DNA of 6,884 bases from Verrucomicrobia bacterium UBA3869 (lineage in GTDB: Bacteria > Verrucomicrobiota > Verrucomicrobiia > Opitutales > UBA9783): positions 1-6,884 of the forward strand of contig DGGR01000012.1 of NCBI GenBank assembly GCA_002392285.1, read 5' to 3'. Positions 6,721 to 6,884 of this stretch are shown piece after piece; within the stretch, counting starts at the first letter, position 1, and each line of letters begins with the position of its first letter. A program made the position numbers and the translations under genes. The notes under the pieces are model-generated. The model saw only the letters and a program-made list of their open reading frames with translations, was not told the DNA's origin and ran no database searches.

Positions 6721-6884
6721 GGTTTACGGTCGTGCATTCGCTCCATTCGGAGAGGAAAGTCCAGACACCCCAGGGCAAGATTCCTCATGCAAATGAGGGC
6801 CAGGCAATTGCTTGGACGGCTAGTGTCGCAGAAAACAAACCGCCTGTATAGGTAAGGATGAAACGGCGAGGTAAGAGCTCACCG
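6721..6884 (+). ncRNA. rnpB: RNase P RNA (bacterial type A), 5' portion, truncated by the window end. The 5' boundary is approximate.
   Basis: Universally conserved RNase P RNA blocks are present. GAGAGGAAAGTCCAGACACCCCAGGGCA (GGAAAGTCC at 6754-6762) corresponds to E. coli GGAGGAAAGUCCGGGCUCCAUAGGGCA. AACAAACCGCC (about 6834-6844) corresponds to AGCAAACCGCC. GGTAAGGATGAAACGGCGAGGTAAGAGCTCACCG (6851-6884) corresponds to GGUAAGGGUGAAAGGGUGCGGUAAGAGCGCACCG. Two adjacent hairpins fit the P8/P9 region: CCTCAT-GCAA-ATGAGG (6783-6798, GNRA loop) and CCAGGC-AATT-GCTTGG (6800-6815). Confidence 0.9.

Overview
Every confident feature is on the + strand, and the genes are tightly packed, with overlaps or gaps of 13 nt or less inside each block. 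The sequence looks moderately AT-rich by eye. The host is probably diderm, because YidC carries a large periplasmic domain. Gene order is: an ArnT-like GT83 membrane glycosyltransferase and an ArnC-like GT2 polyprenyl-phosphate glycosyltransferase (ATGA overlap); a 104-nt intergenic gap; the conserved rpmH-rnpA-yidD-yidC block; a YebC/TACO1-family protein; a 204-aa RluA-family pseudouridine-synthase homolog with a degenerate catalytic motif; and the 5' part of RNase P RNA (rnpB), which runs off the window end. rpmH (45 aa) is missing from the ORF track and was found by manual translation. I see no CRISPR array, transposase, integrase, toxin-antitoxin pair or defence-island signature. The only non-coding space is about 104 nt plus about 70 nt, so I cannot support a hidden multi-gene novel system here. 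The points most worth a second look are the eroded RluA-like gene between yebC and rnpB, the unusual linkage of both RNase P subunit genes, the compact 5' region of rnpB, and an arnT/arnC pair detached from the rest of an arn pathway. All homology statements rest on by-eye comparison with remembered family motifs, not on database searches.
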